Below, in pieces: positions 1 through 11,172 of a DNA stretch of 64,000 nucleotides. This DNA comes from Nitrospirota bacterium (GTDB lineage Bacteria > Nitrospirota > UBA9217), in assembly GCA_963818475.1 (NCBI GenBank), contig CAWFSF010000002.1, positions 768,001-832,000 of the forward strand, in the 5' to 3' direction. The notes beneath the pieces were generated by a model. It was not told the DNA's origin and ran no database searches. It saw only the letters and a list, made by a program, of their open reading frames with translations. How positions within the stretch are numbered: the first letter of the stretch is position 1; each line of letters begins with the position of its first letter. The translations under genes and the position numbers were made by a program.

Positions 1-521
1 ATGCACGCAATGCCGGACCTGGGCATGACCATGAAGACGAAATTGACCGAAGACATGTTCGGGGAGGGGGTGAACGCGAGCAAGGAGCTTCTCGTAAAGG
101 GGATGAAGGTGCCGCCGGAGGACGTGAAAGCGGTACTCGGCAAGGACACGAGCAGACGACATCTACTATATCCTCTGCAAGCGGGTCGTGAACGGCGAAC
201 CGGCATACCTCGAGGAATCGTTATGTCCGCTCGATCGCGTGCTCCCCGAGATCGAGGAGGAGGATGTCTGCTCAGACCCCTTCTATGAACTGATCCAGGA
301 AAAAGGCGGTTAAAGAAGATCTTCAAGGTCGTCCAGACGATCGAGGTCTCCGAAATGAGCGACGACGCCGCATCGCTGCTCAAGACGCCAGAAGGCACGC
401 CGGCGCTGCTGCTGCACCGGCTCCTGATCGGGGCCGACTGGCAGCCCATCGCCTATACGCGGCTTATGGGAAGCGGCAAGAAGTACAAGATCAGACGGAG
501 TTCGAACGACTGATCAAATAA
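1..521 (+). CDS. GntR/HutC-family regulator, UTRA domain (5' truncated, frameshifted)
   Basis: Joining frames gives ...KKIFKVVQTIEVSEMSDDAASLLKTPEGTPALLLHRLLIGADWQPIAYTR..., a UTRA-like C-terminus; stop near 521. Confidence 0.65.
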
Positions 522-556
522 CGAAAGTACCATATACAATACAAGGAGGGTATTGC

Positions 557-1839
557 ATGAGACATATGCACGAAGGATGTACGAATTTTTGAAAGCTGTC
601 GTCGATCGCGCACGCACAATGGGACTACGAGGTCTCCATGAGCATCATCAAGAACCGGAAGAAGATGCTGGATCCTGCTCGCTGCTGCTGCTGCCGATCG
701 TGGCGGTATCGTTGGCCGAGGCGGGCGAGCATGATCGGCAGCAAGACCGCCTACGCGCCGGCCTTCTATTCGACCAACATCTTCCTGGTCTCCATCGCCA
801 TCGGCCTGGCGGCCGGGCTCATCACCGGCTGCATCGGCGCGGGCGGCGGCTTCATCATCACCCCGGCGCTCATGGCGGCGGGCGTCAAGGGCATCCTGGC
901 CGTCGGCACCGACGTGTTCCACATCTTCGCCAAGGCCATCATGGGCACGACGGTGCACAAGAAGCTCGGCAACGTGTCCGCGAAGCTGGCCGTCGCGTTC
1001 CTGGTCGGCTCCGGCGGCGGCACCTTCATCGGCGGCTCCATCAACAAGTCGCTCTACGACAAGGACCCGCTCCTGTCCGAGGCCTTCATCAGCCTGGTCT
1101 ATGCCGTCCTGCTCGGCTTCCTCGGCTTCTACGCCATGGTCGGACTTCCTGGAAGTCGCGCAATGCAACGGACGCGGCGACGCCCACGGCGGCTCCTCGG
1201 GCATGACCGACCTTTGCGCTGAAAGCTCCAGAACATGAAGATCCCGCCCATGATCACCTTCGACGAGGACTATGTCGCCCGGCGGCAAGAAGATCTCCGG
1301 CGTGTTCGTCGCCATGGGCGGCGTGATCGTCGGCATCCTGGCCGCCATCATGGGCGTGGGCGGCGGCTTCGTCACCTTCCCCATGTTCGTGTACGTCTTC
1401 GGCGTGTCCTCGCATGACCACCGTCGGCACCGACATCCTGCAGATCATCTTCACCGCCGGCCTGGCCTCCATCGCCCAGTACGCCATCTACGGCTACGTG
1501 TTCTACACCCTGGCCATGGGCATGCTGCTCGGCTCGCTGATCGGCATCCAGGTCGGCGCGCTGACCACCAAGGTGGTGAAGGGCATCCACATCCGCGGCT
1601 TCTACGCCGTCTCCATCATCGCCGGCTTCATCAACCGCGCCTCCACGCTGCCCAAGAAGATGGTGGAGCTCGAGATGATCAACATGTCCAAGCCCACGCG
1701 TCAACGACCATCGAGATCCGTCGGCAACGTCATCTTCTGGATCGTGGTCGCCGTCTTCGGGTTCTGGATCATCAGCAAGTTCTTCGCGAACATCAAAACA
1801 CTCAGGCGAGGAGGCATAGCCATGATCGCAAAGAAATAA
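557..1839 (+). CDS. Sulfite exporter TauE/SafE family membrane protein (frameshifted)
   Basis: GLITGCIGAGGGFIITPALM, AVGTD and AAIMGVGGGF motifs across ORFs 638-1222, 1272.. and 1414-1839; RBS AAGGAGG at 543-549. Confidence 0.85.
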
Positions 1840-2552
1840 ATACAACATTTTTCAATCGGAGCACTCCTCGCATTGGCGTTTCCTCGGCATGCTGCGCTTG
1901 ATCTTCTCGCCGGTCTTCGGCGAAGGGAAAGAACGGGCTCGTAGTACGCCGACGACATGTTCAACAAGCTCTCCAAGGGGTCGTCCTACTTCATCCCCAA
2001 GGTGGCGAAGAGCAATGAACAGTTCAACGACCACAGACCATTGCCATGACCGTGAAGCTCGAGACAAGCCGCGAGCGAGAACGACCTGACGATCGAAACT
2101 TCTGGCCAGCCGCAGGCGCCGACGCCAGAACAGCCAGCCCCGAGCTGCAGATCAAGGGCGAACCTGGGCGGTGCTCATGTCCAAGGTCCTGCAGGACGCC
2201 GACGATATGTACAAGAACGACGGCGACGAAGCTCGTCGACCGCTACGGCGTCGACGAAAAGGAGGCCATGGCCTCCTGGTGGAATGTTCTGACGGTCATG
2301 GACAAGGAGCTGAAGAAGCAGGGCAAGATCGACGAGGCGAAGATCGTCTCCGACGTGATGAAGAAGGCCGTCGAGCCGGCCTACAACTACTACAAGATCG
2401 ATGCGCAGAAGGTCACCGACAAGGCCGTCATCATGACCGGGCTGCTCGTCTTCTACGTGGTCTACACGATGTGGTGGGGTTTTGCCATCTTCTACATGTT
2501 CGACGGCATCGGCCTCACCATGAAGAAAGCCAAAGTGAAAAAAGAGGTCTAG
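1822..2552 (+). CDS. Membrane protein accompanying TauE (frameshifted)
   Basis: GGAGG RBS then ATG; C-terminal TM GLLVFYVVYTMWWGFAIFYMFDGIGL. Confidence 0.6.
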
Positions 2553-2560
2553 GGGGCGAC

Positions 2561-3004
2561 ATGAAAGTATTGGTACCGGTTGACGGGTCCAAACACTCAT
2601 CAGAAGGCATCAGGGTGGCGTCGCATTACGCAACGACAAAAAATGCGCAATTGCACCTCATCACGGTCATTCCGTCGGTGGCGGACATCGACCTTGAACT
2701 TTCCGCATCAGACCGCGACCGGCTGCTCGAAAGCATGAAGAGCCGGGGCGAGGATCTTCTGGCAAAGGCGAAGGAGCAGATGAGGTCCCTGGGCGTAAGC
2801 AACGTCAGCACGGTCCTGGCGACGGCGCCCTCGCCCGCGCAGGAGATCGTATCCTATGCAGAAAAGGAAAAGATCGATCTCATCGTGATCGGGGGCAGGG
2901 GGCGAAGCGCGAACCAGCGCTTCCATCTCGGGAGCGTGGCGGAGAATGTGGTGCGCCACAGCCCAACCTGCGTGTACGTGGTCCGGGAGCCGGCCTGGAT
3001 ATAA
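2561..3004 (+). CDS. Universal stress protein
   Basis: MKVLVPVDGS...DLIVIGGRGRS...LGSVAENVVRHSPTCVYVVR. Confidence 0.9.
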   Translation: MKVLVPVDGSKHSSEGIRVASHYATTKNAQLHLITVIPSVADIDLELSASDRDRLLESMKSRGEDLLAKAKEQMRSLGVSNVSTVLATAPSPAQEIVSYAEKEKIDLIVIGGRGRSANQRFHLGSVAENVVRHSPTCVYVVREPAWI

Positions 3005-3016
3005 GGAGCTCCGCTA

Positions 3017-3057
3017 CACAGGGGTTCGGTGGAAACATCGAACCCCTGTTTCTTTTT
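3017..3057 (+). terminator. Rho-independent terminator
   Basis: ACAGGGGTTCGGTG/CATCGAACCCCTGT hairpin followed by a T tract. Confidence 0.75.
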
Positions 3058-3085
3058 ACCACCGCTTACGCTATAATGGCGCTCT

Positions 3086-4756
3086 ATGAAGATACGGGAC
3101 AAACTCTTCCTCGGTTTCGGACTCTACATCCTCCTTGCGGTCGTTCTCGGTTTTTTCGCCTATAAAGAGCTCCGCACGATCTCCACGAGGCTGGTCCTGG
3201 TCGAGACGGCGGACGACATCACCAATACCATCCTCGAAGTGCGCCGCTACGAAAAGAACTTCCTCCTGTTCAAGGACAGCGCAAGCTTCGAGGAACTGAA
3301 ACAGTATCTCGGCGATCCTTAATGACCAGCATCGCGGACATCCAGTCGGAGATCGTTCTCGAGATCGGCAACGACAACTACGGATGATGCAATCGGACAT
3401 CACCGAGTACGAGCGGCTGATCACGGCCATCGCCGGAAACTTTACGGCGCAGGAAGAGCTGGAGGTCCTGGTCCGGAAGCCGGGCCGTGAGACGGAGCGG
3501 CAGTCACTGGCGCGGAGCTGCAGTCGCTTCTGGTGCTCCGGCGGTACGAGAAGAACGTCATGCTCTACAAGAACAGGCAGGCCTACGACGTGTTCAGGCG
3601 GACCTACGATGCTTCACGGCTCAGTTCCCACCCCGAGGTCCGGCACTATCAGGACATCGTGACCAGGCTCTACAGTCTCTACGAGGCGGAAAAGCAGTCA
3701 CTGGACAGGATGCGGCTCGTCGCGCGGGAGATCCAGGCCTTTACCCAGAACCTCTCGAAGAAGGAGCGGTCTGGACATCGCGACCACGATCAAGATGTCC
3801 ATCAATCTGCAGGTCCTGGCGCTCGCGCTGGTCGTCGGTGCTCGGGACGTTCATCAACATCAAGCTGGCCACGAGCATTGCCACGCCGATCCGGAACCTG
3901 CAACGGATCACCAAAAAGATCAGCCGCGGCGATTTTTCCGAGACCATCGAGGTCAAGGGCAGGGACGAGATCGCGCTTCGCTCGAGACTCCTTCAACCAG
4001 ATGGAGGACAAGCTCAAGCCACGCCATGACCGTCGCTGGAGGAGATCATCGAGAAGCTCCGGGAGAAGCAGGACCAGCTCGTGGAGGCGGAGAAGCTGGC
4101 GCCTGGTCGGCAAGCTTGCCGCGGGCATCGCGCACGAGATCAACAATCCGCTCACGTCGGTGCTCACCTTCTCGAACCTCATGCTGGAGCAGTGCCCGCC
4201 CGGCGATCCCCGCCACGAAAAGCTGAAGCTCATGGCGCGGGAGACGAACCGGGCGCGGACCATCGTGCGGCAGCTGCTCAACTTCGGGCGCGAGACCGTG
4301 ATCAAGCCGGAGAAGATCAATATCAACCAGCCGGTCTCGGAGATCGCCGACTCGCTCGTCGCGCAGGACGCGTTCAAGGGCATCGGGCTCGAGCATGAAG
4401 CTCGGCGACGACCTTCCCGCAGGTCAATGCAGACCCCGCCCAGATCGGCCAGGTGGTCATGAACCTGCTGCTGAACGCCATCCATGCCATCACGCCGCCG
4501 GGCAGGATCGAGGTTGCCACGCGACGGACCGGAAAAAACGTCGAGATCGTGTTCACGCGACACCGGCGCGGGCATCCCCGAGGAGAACATCCACAAGATC
4601 TTCGACCCCTTCTTCACGACCAAGGACGCGACCAAAGGGACCGGGCTTGGGCTGGCGGTAAGCTATGGTATCATCAAGAAGCACGGCGGCGACATCGAGG
4701 TCGCCAGCACCGTGGGCAAAGGAACGACGTTTACGGTGAGGCTGCCGATCGGATGA
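3086..4756 (+). CDS. HAMP-domain sensor histidine kinase (frameshifted)
   Basis: [20 protein letters not shown]-box, IFDPFFTTK and GTGLGL motifs. Confidence 0.88.
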
Positions 4757-6160
4757 AGAGCGGGGATAAGTTCAAGAGCGGTTGTCGTTGACGACGAAGC
4801 CGAGCGTGTGCGAGGCGGTGAAGGCCATCCTCGAGCTCGAAGGGATCGACGTGACCACCTTCACGGACAGCGTGGCTGCTGCCGAGGACATCAAGAAGAA
4901 CGCCTACGACCTCATCATCTCGGACCTGAAGATGCCGAAGATGACCGGGCTCGAGCTGTACGACGCTGTCAAGGACGCGGCGTCGGAGAGCATCTTCATC
5001 ATCATCACCGCCTTCGGCACCATCCCGTCGGCCGTGGATGCGGTCAAAAAGGGCATCTACGACTATATTCCCAAGCCCTTCACGCCGGACGAGGTCCGGG
5101 CTGCCGCTCCGGCGGGCGCTGGAAAAACGAAGGCTCGAACAGGAGAACATCGTGCTCCGGTCGCAGGTCGAGACCCGCTATTCCTTCCAGAGCATCATCG
5201 GCAACAGCCCCGAGATCCGCGAGACCTTCCGGGTCATGCGCCATGCCGCATCGAGCGAGTGCAACGTGCTGGTCACCGGCGAGAGCGGCACGGGCAAGGA
5301 GCTGGTCGCCCGGGCCATCCATTCGAACAGCGTGCGGGTGCGCAGGAAGTTCGTGACCGTGAACTGCGGCGCCATCCCCGACGGGCTGATCGAGTCGGAG
5401 CTGTTCGGCCATGTGAAGGGCTCCTTCACCGGCGCCATCGCGGACAAGAAGGGGCTGGTGGAGGAGGCGGACAAGGGGACGCTGTTCCTGGACGAGATCG
5501 GCGAGCTGTCCGCCGCCGCTCGCAGGTCAAGCTCCTGCGCGTGCTGCAGGAAGGGGAGTTCACGCGCATCGGCGACACCCAGACGCGGAAGGTGAACGTG
5601 CGCGTCGTGGCGGCCACGAACAAGGACCTGAAGAAGGCGATCGCCGACAAAACTGTTCCGGGAGGACCTCTACTACCGCTTGAACGTGATCCCCATCGAG
5701 CTGCCGCCGCTCCGGAGACGGCAGGAGGACATCCCGCTGCTCGTGAACCACTTCATCGAAAAGCACAAGACCAAGGCGGCGGAAAAGAACATCACCGGCA
5801 TCGCCAAAGACGCCATGCAGGCGCTCCTGAGCTACCACTTCCCGGGCAACGTGCGCGAGCTCGAGAACTCCATCGAGTACGCCATCGCCTTTACCGCCGG
5901 GCCGGAGATCGAGAAGGACGACCTGCCCAAGTATCATCCTGGAGGACCAGAAGCTGGACCAGGAGGCGCAGAAGATACCGATCATGCCGCTCAAGGACGC
6001 CAAGGGCCAGTTCGAAAAGAGCCTCATCATCGCCGCGCTCGTCGAGTCAGGCGGAAATATCTCCGAGGCCGCGCGGCTCCTGAACGTCCATCGCCAGAAC
6101 CTGCAGCAGAAGATCCGGCTGCTCGGCATCGACCTTGCGTCGATCTCGCCGGTGCGGTAA
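4753..6160 (+). CDS. Sigma54-dependent NtrC-family response regulator (frameshifted)
   Basis: Receiver DLKMP, Walker [34 protein letters not shown], Fis-type HTH. Confidence 0.9.
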
Positions 6161-6194
6161 CTTCCTCAGCAACAAAAAAGTACTGAGCGTAAAG

Positions 6195-6587
6195 ATGAAA
6201 ACGATAACTGAGCTGTGCGACAAGGTGCGTGAAACATCGTACGCGATACACGTCTATCATGGACAGGGCCACCTGGAAAAAGTGTATGAAAATGCGCTTG
6301 CACATAGACTGCGGAAATACGGTGTCGAAGTAAAGCAACAACATCCTCTGACGGTTTACGATGAAGACGGGGCCGTTCTTGGCGAATATTTTGCCGACCT
6401 CCTGGTTGGAGAACAACTGATAGTCGAGCTGAAAGCATGCCGAGCGCTTGCGACCGAACATACAGCGCAGCTCCTGGGTTATCTAAAGTCAGCGCGCATC
6501 GAGCATGGGTTGCTGATCAACTTTGGAAGTTATAAGTTTGAAATCAAGAAATACGCACTGAGTCGGAACAGGCGAGAAGACCTGTAG
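6195..6587 (+). CDS. GxxExxY protein (PD-(D/E)XK nuclease-like)
   Basis: GQGHLEKVYENAL, ADLLV, IVELKA, QLLGYLK, GLLINFG. Confidence 0.92.
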   Translation: MKTITELCDKVRETSYAIHVYHGQGHLEKVYENALAHRLRKYGVEVKQQHPLTVYDEDGAVLGEYFADLLVGEQLIVELKACRALATEHTAQLLGYLKSARIEHGLLINFGSYKFEIKKYALSRNRREDL

Positions 6588-6810
6588 CCGCAAAGGAACG
6601 CAGAGAACACAAAGAAAGGCAGGGTCTGGACAAAACTCTTTTGCGCTCTTTGTGTTCTTTCGCGGCAAAAAAGATTCGGAAGTTCAAGAAGTACGCACTG
6701 CGTCGGAACAGGCGAGAAGACCTGTGGCCGCAAAGGAACGCAGAGAACACAAAGAAGGACAGGATCTGGACCTAAATTCTTTGCGCTCTTTGCGTTCCTT
6801 CGCGGCAAAA
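6544..6810. repeat. Tandem ~140-bp duplication of the GxxExxY 3' end plus a 9-mer periodic hairpin
   Basis: 6544-6670 matches 6684-6810; each has GCCGCAAAGGAACGCAGAGAACACAAAG ... CTTTG(C/T)GTTC(C/T)TTCGCGGC. Confidence 0.88.
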
Positions 6811-6944
6811 TGATTTGGACACGGAAGCTTTTTTCACCAGCCACCCCCGGTACATCCCTACCAACACAACCATCTTGCAATAATTCTTTCCTTGAGGTAC
6901 TTTGTTCAGGCGACCATTTCCTGACTGCGAGGTTCCCTGCTCCG

Positions 6945-7766
6945 ATGACCAGACTGAAAACACCCCTGGAGGTCTATAAGCTGCTGCCGAAGTCCAATTG
7001 CGGGCAATGCGGGATCGCGACCTGCATGGCCTTTGCCGCGGCGGTCATCAAGCAGGAGAAGCGGCTTGCCGACTGCCCGCACCTGGATGCGGATGTTCTC
7101 AGCCGGTATGACGGGAATATCGAGCTTCAGGTGAACATCGAGAAGATCCAGGAAAAAACATTCAGGGACCTGCAGGAGCAGATCAAGGCGATCGATATTG
7201 CTGCGCGTGCTGAACGCCTGGGAGCGCGGAGCACGGGCAGCACCATCGTGGTCACCTGCCTAGGCAGGGACTTCGAGGTCGATGCGCAGGGCCGGGTCCT
7301 GTCATCCTGCCACAGCCATGCCTGGTTCTCCATTCCGCTCCTTACCTATGTTCTGTACGGCAAGGGGGCGCCTATTTCCGGAAGATGGGTGCCGTTGCGG
7401 GAGCTGGAGAACGGAAGCAGGTGGGAGCGGTTGTTCGAGCGGCGCTGCGAGGCCCCGCTGAAGCGGATCGCCGATGCCCATGCCGAGCTCTTCGAAGACC
7501 TCATCAGCATGTTCAGCGGCGTCTCTGCCCCTGATCGGTTCTCTTCGGACATCTCGGTGGTCCTCTTCCCGCTTCCGAAGGTGCCGATCCTGATCTGCTA
7601 CTGGAAGCCCGAGGAAGGCATGGGATCGAAACTGCATGTTTTCTTCGATGATTCGGCGGAGCAGAACCTGACCATGGATTCGCTTTTCACGCTCGGGACC
7701 GGGCTTGTCCGCATGCTTGAAAAGATCATGCAGAAGCATACGAACGGCAAAAACGAACTGTCCTAG
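6945..7766 (+). CDS. Fe-S domain / DUF3786 protein
   Basis: LPKSNCGQCGIATCMAFA...CP N-terminus; PLPKVPILICYW DUF3786-like C-terminus. Confidence 0.8.
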   Translation: MTRLKTPLEVYKLLPKSNCGQCGIATCMAFAAAVIKQEKRLADCPHLDADVLSRYDGNIELQVNIEKIQEKTFRDLQEQIKAIDIAARAERLGARSTGSTIVVTCLGRDFEVDAQGRVLSSCHSHAWFSIPLLTYVLYGKGAPISGRWVPLRELENGSRWERLFERRCEAPLKRIADAHAELFEDLISMFSGVSAPDRFSSDISVVLFPLPKVPILICYWKPEEGMGSKLHVFFDDSAEQNLTMDSLFTLGTGLVRMLEKIMQKHTNGKNELS

Positions 7767-7964
7767 AAAAGCGACCCTACAACCCGAAACACAAAGTAAT
7801 TTGACACGGATAACGTCGGATAGAGCTATGATTTTCACGGAGAGGTCAAGGTCATATCAGGTTTTATCATAATAAATCCGTAGTGATCAGTGTCAAAAGT
7901 CTTAGCACTCAGATTCGCCTCATTCAATGGTATCAAGCCGGGGTTTCCTGCGGAACTGGTGATT

Positions 7965-9305
7965 ATGCAGAGTGGATCATACATCGAAAAAGCTGCGGAG
8001 CGCATGAGGCTCCTGATGCGCGCACTGCAGAGCCGGAACTACCGTCTGTTCTTCGGCGGCCAGACCCTGTCGCTCATCGGCACCTGGATGCAGCAGGTGG
8101 CCATGAGCTGGCTGGTGTACCGCCTGACGGGTTCCGCGCTGCTTCTGGGCGTGGTGGGGTTCGCGGGCCAGGTGCCGTCATTTCTGCTCTCCCCTGTGGC
8201 AGGCGTGCTTGCCGACCGGTGGAACAAGCATCGCGTGCTGCTCTGGACGCAGTCGCTTTCAATGCTCCAGGCCGCGGTCATGACCGCGCTGGTGTTTGCC
8301 GACCTGGTGCAGGTGTGGCACATCGTCGCGCTCAGCCTTTTCCTCGGCACGGTGAACGCCTTCGACATTCCGGCGCGCCAGTCCTTCCTCATTGAAATGA
8401 TCGAGAAGCGGGAGGACCTGGGGAACGCCATCGCCCTGAACTCCTCAATGGTGAACGGCACGCGTCTCATCGGCCCGTCCCTTGCGGGCATCGTGATCGC
8501 CGCATTCGGCGAGGGCATCTGTTTTCTGCTGAACGCCGCAAGCTTTCTGGCGGTCATCGCGGCACTGGCGGCAATGCGCGTGAAGAAGAAGGCGGCGCCG
8601 GCCGTGAGAATGTCGGTGCTGCACGAGCTGCGCGAAGGCTTCGCCTATGCGTACCACTTCCCGCCGATCCGGACTATCCTTCTCCTGATGGCGCTGGTGA
8701 GTTTGATGGGCGTGCCCTACACCGTGCTGCTGCCCGTGTTCGCCCGGGACGTCCTGCACGGCGGTGCCAACACCTTCGGCTTTCTCATGGCAGCAGCAGG
8801 CCTGGGCGCGTTCGTCTGCGCCATCCTGCTTGCGTCGCGAAAGAGCGTGGTGGGCCTCAGCAGGGTCATTCCCCTTGCCGCAGGCTCGTTCGGCATCGCG
8901 GTCGCCGCTTTTTCGTTCTCGCGTTCGCTCTGGCTTTCGCTCCTGCTGCTGTTCATTGCCGGCCTCGGCATGATGGCCCAGATCGCTTCGAGCAACACCA
9001 TTTTGCAGACGATCGTGGATGACGACAAGCGCGGCCGCGTCATGAGCCTCTTTACCATGTCGTTCATGGGCGTGGCGCCCTTTGGCAGCCTGCTGGCCGG
9101 CGCGCTGGCAGGCAGGATCGGCGTCACTGCCACGATGTTCCTGGGCGGCACGATCTGCCTGGCGGGATCGCTCGTCTTTGCGCGCAGACTCCGCAGCCTG
9201 CGGGAGCACATCCTTCCCGTCTATCGGAAGAAGGGGATCATACCCGAGGTCGCCGCCGGCATCCAGACCGCAACAGAACTGGGGGTCCCGCCGGAGGAGC
9301 AGTAA
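7965..9305 (+). CDS. MFS transporter
   Basis: RNYRLFFGGQTLSLIGTWMQ; about 12 TM segments. Confidence 0.9.
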   Translation: MQSGSYIEKAAERMRLLMRALQSRNYRLFFGGQTLSLIGTWMQQVAMSWLVYRLTGSALLLGVVGFAGQVPSFLLSPVAGVLADRWNKHRVLLWTQSLSMLQAAVMTALVFADLVQVWHIVALSLFLGTVNAFDIPARQSFLIEMIEKREDLGNAIALNSSMVNGTRLIGPSLAGIVIAAFGEGICFLLNAASFLAVIAALAAMRVKKKAAPAVRMSVLHELREGFAYAYHFPPIRTILLLMALVSLMGVPYTVLLPVFARDVLHGGANTFGFLMAAAGLGAFVCAILLASRKSVVGLSRVIPLAAGSFGIAVAAFSFSRSLWLSLLLLFIAGLGMMAQIASSNTILQTIVDDDKRGRVMSLFTMSFMGVAPFGSLLAGALAGRIGVTATMFLGGTICLAGSLVFARRLRSLREHILPVYRKKGIIPEVAAGIQTATELGVPPEEQ

Positions 9306-9427
9306 GGTTGGACACAGGAGACGCAGTATGTGCACACTGTGTTTGGTTCGCTGGTCGGCGGGTTTTGGTTCACGGGAGGGAGGTAAAGATCAAATAACTT
9401 TGATGGACTCGCAATAAAGTCTGATTT

Positions 9428-9525
9428 AACCGTGGAGACGCTGAGCCAGAAGTAGGCGCTCCCAAGCGACGCAGAGAAAAGCTTTCAAGGTGCCTTTCTC
9501 CGCGCCTCCGCGTCTCGGCGGTGAA
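9428..9525. repeat. 9-mer periodic inverted repeat
   Basis: ACCGTGGAGACGCTGAG...GACGCAGAG / CTCCGCGCCTCCGCGTCTCGGCGGT. Confidence 0.65.
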
Positions 9526-9626
9526 TTATTAGTTTTTACGGCTTCATCAACGTTGGACGGTCCCGGTCAACTGGGATAAAACGCAACTTCAGCGATGAGG
9601 GCCACAGAACCCGCATGCATCTGATA

Positions 9627-10076
9627 TCACTGGTAGCCGATCCCGGCGATATACTCTTCCAGCTCCTCGATCGTCGATGCCTGCTCAGAGATAATGGCAT
9701 TGACCGCATCTCCGATGCTGATAACACCCATGATCGTGTCGTTATTCAAGACCGGCAGATGACGCACACGGTTCCTGGTCATCAGCACCATGCAGTCCTG
9801 CAGGGTCTGGTCCGGTTTTACCGCAATAGGCGGTCCGCTCATGATGTCCCGCACGGTGGTCGTCTTTGACGATCTCCCTTTCAGGACCACCTTTCGCGCA
9901 TAATCACGCTCAGAGAACACGCCGAGAAGAGCTCCGGACTCGACCACCAGGAGCGCGCCCACGTTCTTCTCCTCCATAAGCTGCAGGGCATGATAGGCTG
10001 AGGCGTCGGGTCCAATGCCGTGGAAACCGTACCCTTTCACTTTCAATACCTGGCCAACCGTCATTGTCGTAGTCAT
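9627..10076 (-). CDS. CBS-domain protein
   Basis: GVFSERDYARKV, RHLPV, GVISIGD; AAGGAGG RBS. Confidence 0.9.
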   Translation of the reverse strand: MTTTMTVGQVLKVKGYGFHGIGPDASAYHALQLMEEKNVGALLVVESGALLGVFSERDYARKVVLKGRSSKTTTVRDIMSGPPIAVKPDQTLQDCMVLMTRNRVRHLPVLNNDTIMGVISIGDAVNAIISEQASTIEELEEYIAGIGYQ

Positions 10077-10110
10077 GCGCTGTACCTCCTTGGTCTGATT
10101 GACTTGGATG

Positions 10111-10226
10111 AAAAAAAAGCCGGGCATACCAAAGAAATCATCCTTTGGCAGCCCGGCCATCTTTCAGGGTCAAAGATCCGAAGCTTTCCGCGCCCTTCTC
10201 GCGAAGGGGTAGGCTTTATCAGGATC
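10111..10226 (-). promoter_or_regulatory. c-di-GMP-I (GEMM-I)-type riboswitch with overlapping terminator
   Basis: Minus strand GATAAAGCCTACCCCTTC-GCGA-GAAGGGCGCGGAAAGCTTCGGATCT...GATGGCCGGGCTGCC, then a terminator hairpin and T8; TTGACA-N17-TATAGA promoter upstream. Confidence 0.8.
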
Positions 10227-10447
10227 GTATGCTCATACCTGCATTATCTATAACACCCGGGCAGCAACCTGTCAAAGTCTAATTCCGCACAGCAGTTCTT
10301 CTCAAATTACTTTTTGCGTCACTATTCGTAACGGGGATCAAGGCCGCAGGCCGAGAGTGCGGCGTATTCCGCGAAATCATAATTATTTACATCTCCGCCC
10401 TATACCAGTATAATGACCAAATAATAAATCAGGAGAGGAGTACCACG

Positions 10448-10588
10448 TTGGCGAAACCGAATTTCGATTTTCAAAAGCGTCAGAAGGAACTGGCAAAGAA
10501 AAAGAAGAACGAGGAAAAAAAGCAGCGCAAGCTGGAGAAAAAATCGGAAAGCGGGGAACAAACCGAGCCGCAGCCGGAACCGCGTTAA
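10448..10588 (+). CDS. Small Lys-rich protein (46 aa)
   Basis: GGAGAGGAG RBS, TTG start, MAKPNFDFQKRQKELAKKKKNEEKKQRK. Confidence 0.7.
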   Translation: MAKPNFDFQKRQKELAKKKKNEEKKQRKLEKKSESGEQTEPQPEPR

Positions 10589-11097
10589 CCGCTTTCCGGG
10601 TTGTCAAGGCCCGCTTCCTGGGAGATGCTGTTCAGATAGCGAAATAATTCCCGCGATGCCTTGGGCGAGGGCGCATTCCTGCTCCGCTCGTCCCGGGCTT
10701 TCCGGACCAGGGCGAGCAGCTTGCGGCGGTCCGCATGGGGCCTTTCCGCCAGGACCGTTTCGAGCACCTGGTCATTTCCGGCAACCAGTTCGTCCCGCCA
10801 CGCCTCTATCTGCTTGAACGCCAGCGTCCGCTTGTGATTGCCCTCCTCGATGGTGTGAAGGAGTTCCCGTATAGCCGCAGTGTCATATTTCCGCATTAAT
10901 GTACCGATATACTGCATCTGCCGCAGGAGCGGCACATGTTTGGTGGTCTTCTTTGCCAGTTGAACTGCAGTGAGCAGGTTTTCCGGCAGATCGATGCTCA
11001 ACAGCTGCTCGTTCGACAGCTTCACCAGCTGCTCGCCCAGGTCCTGAAGCGACAGCGCTGCTTTTTTCTTCTCAGTTCTGCTTAACGGTTCTTCCAT
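10585..11097 (-). CDS. yjgA: Ribosome biogenesis factor YjgA/DarP
   Basis: SRTEKKK...LQDLGEQLVKL...RQMQYIGTLMR...WRDEL...SRELFRYL. Confidence 0.88.
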   Translation of the reverse strand: MEEPLSRTEKKKAALSLQDLGEQLVKLSNEQLLSIDLPENLLTAVQLAKKTTKHVPLLRQMQYIGTLMRKYDTAAIRELLHTIEEGNHKRTLAFKQIEAWRDELVAGNDQVLETVLAERPHADRRKLLALVRKARDERSRNAPSPKASRELFRYLNSISQEAGLDNPESG

Positions 11098-11172
11098 AGC
11101 GTTTCATTCCTGCCACAAGCCTGCGGGCATAGTTTGTCGTGCGCTGCTCCGTGCCCCGCGCACCCGGACGGT

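Noticed and set aside
1-6160. Many frameshifts suggesting pseudogenisation or programmed frameshifting
   Set aside because: Single-base indels are dense and codon usage is intact, and the same pattern hits the housekeeping mfd-surA-rlmI block; most consistent with long-read error
6544-6810. CRISPR-like repeats
   Set aside because: Only two units, no unique spacers and no cas genes
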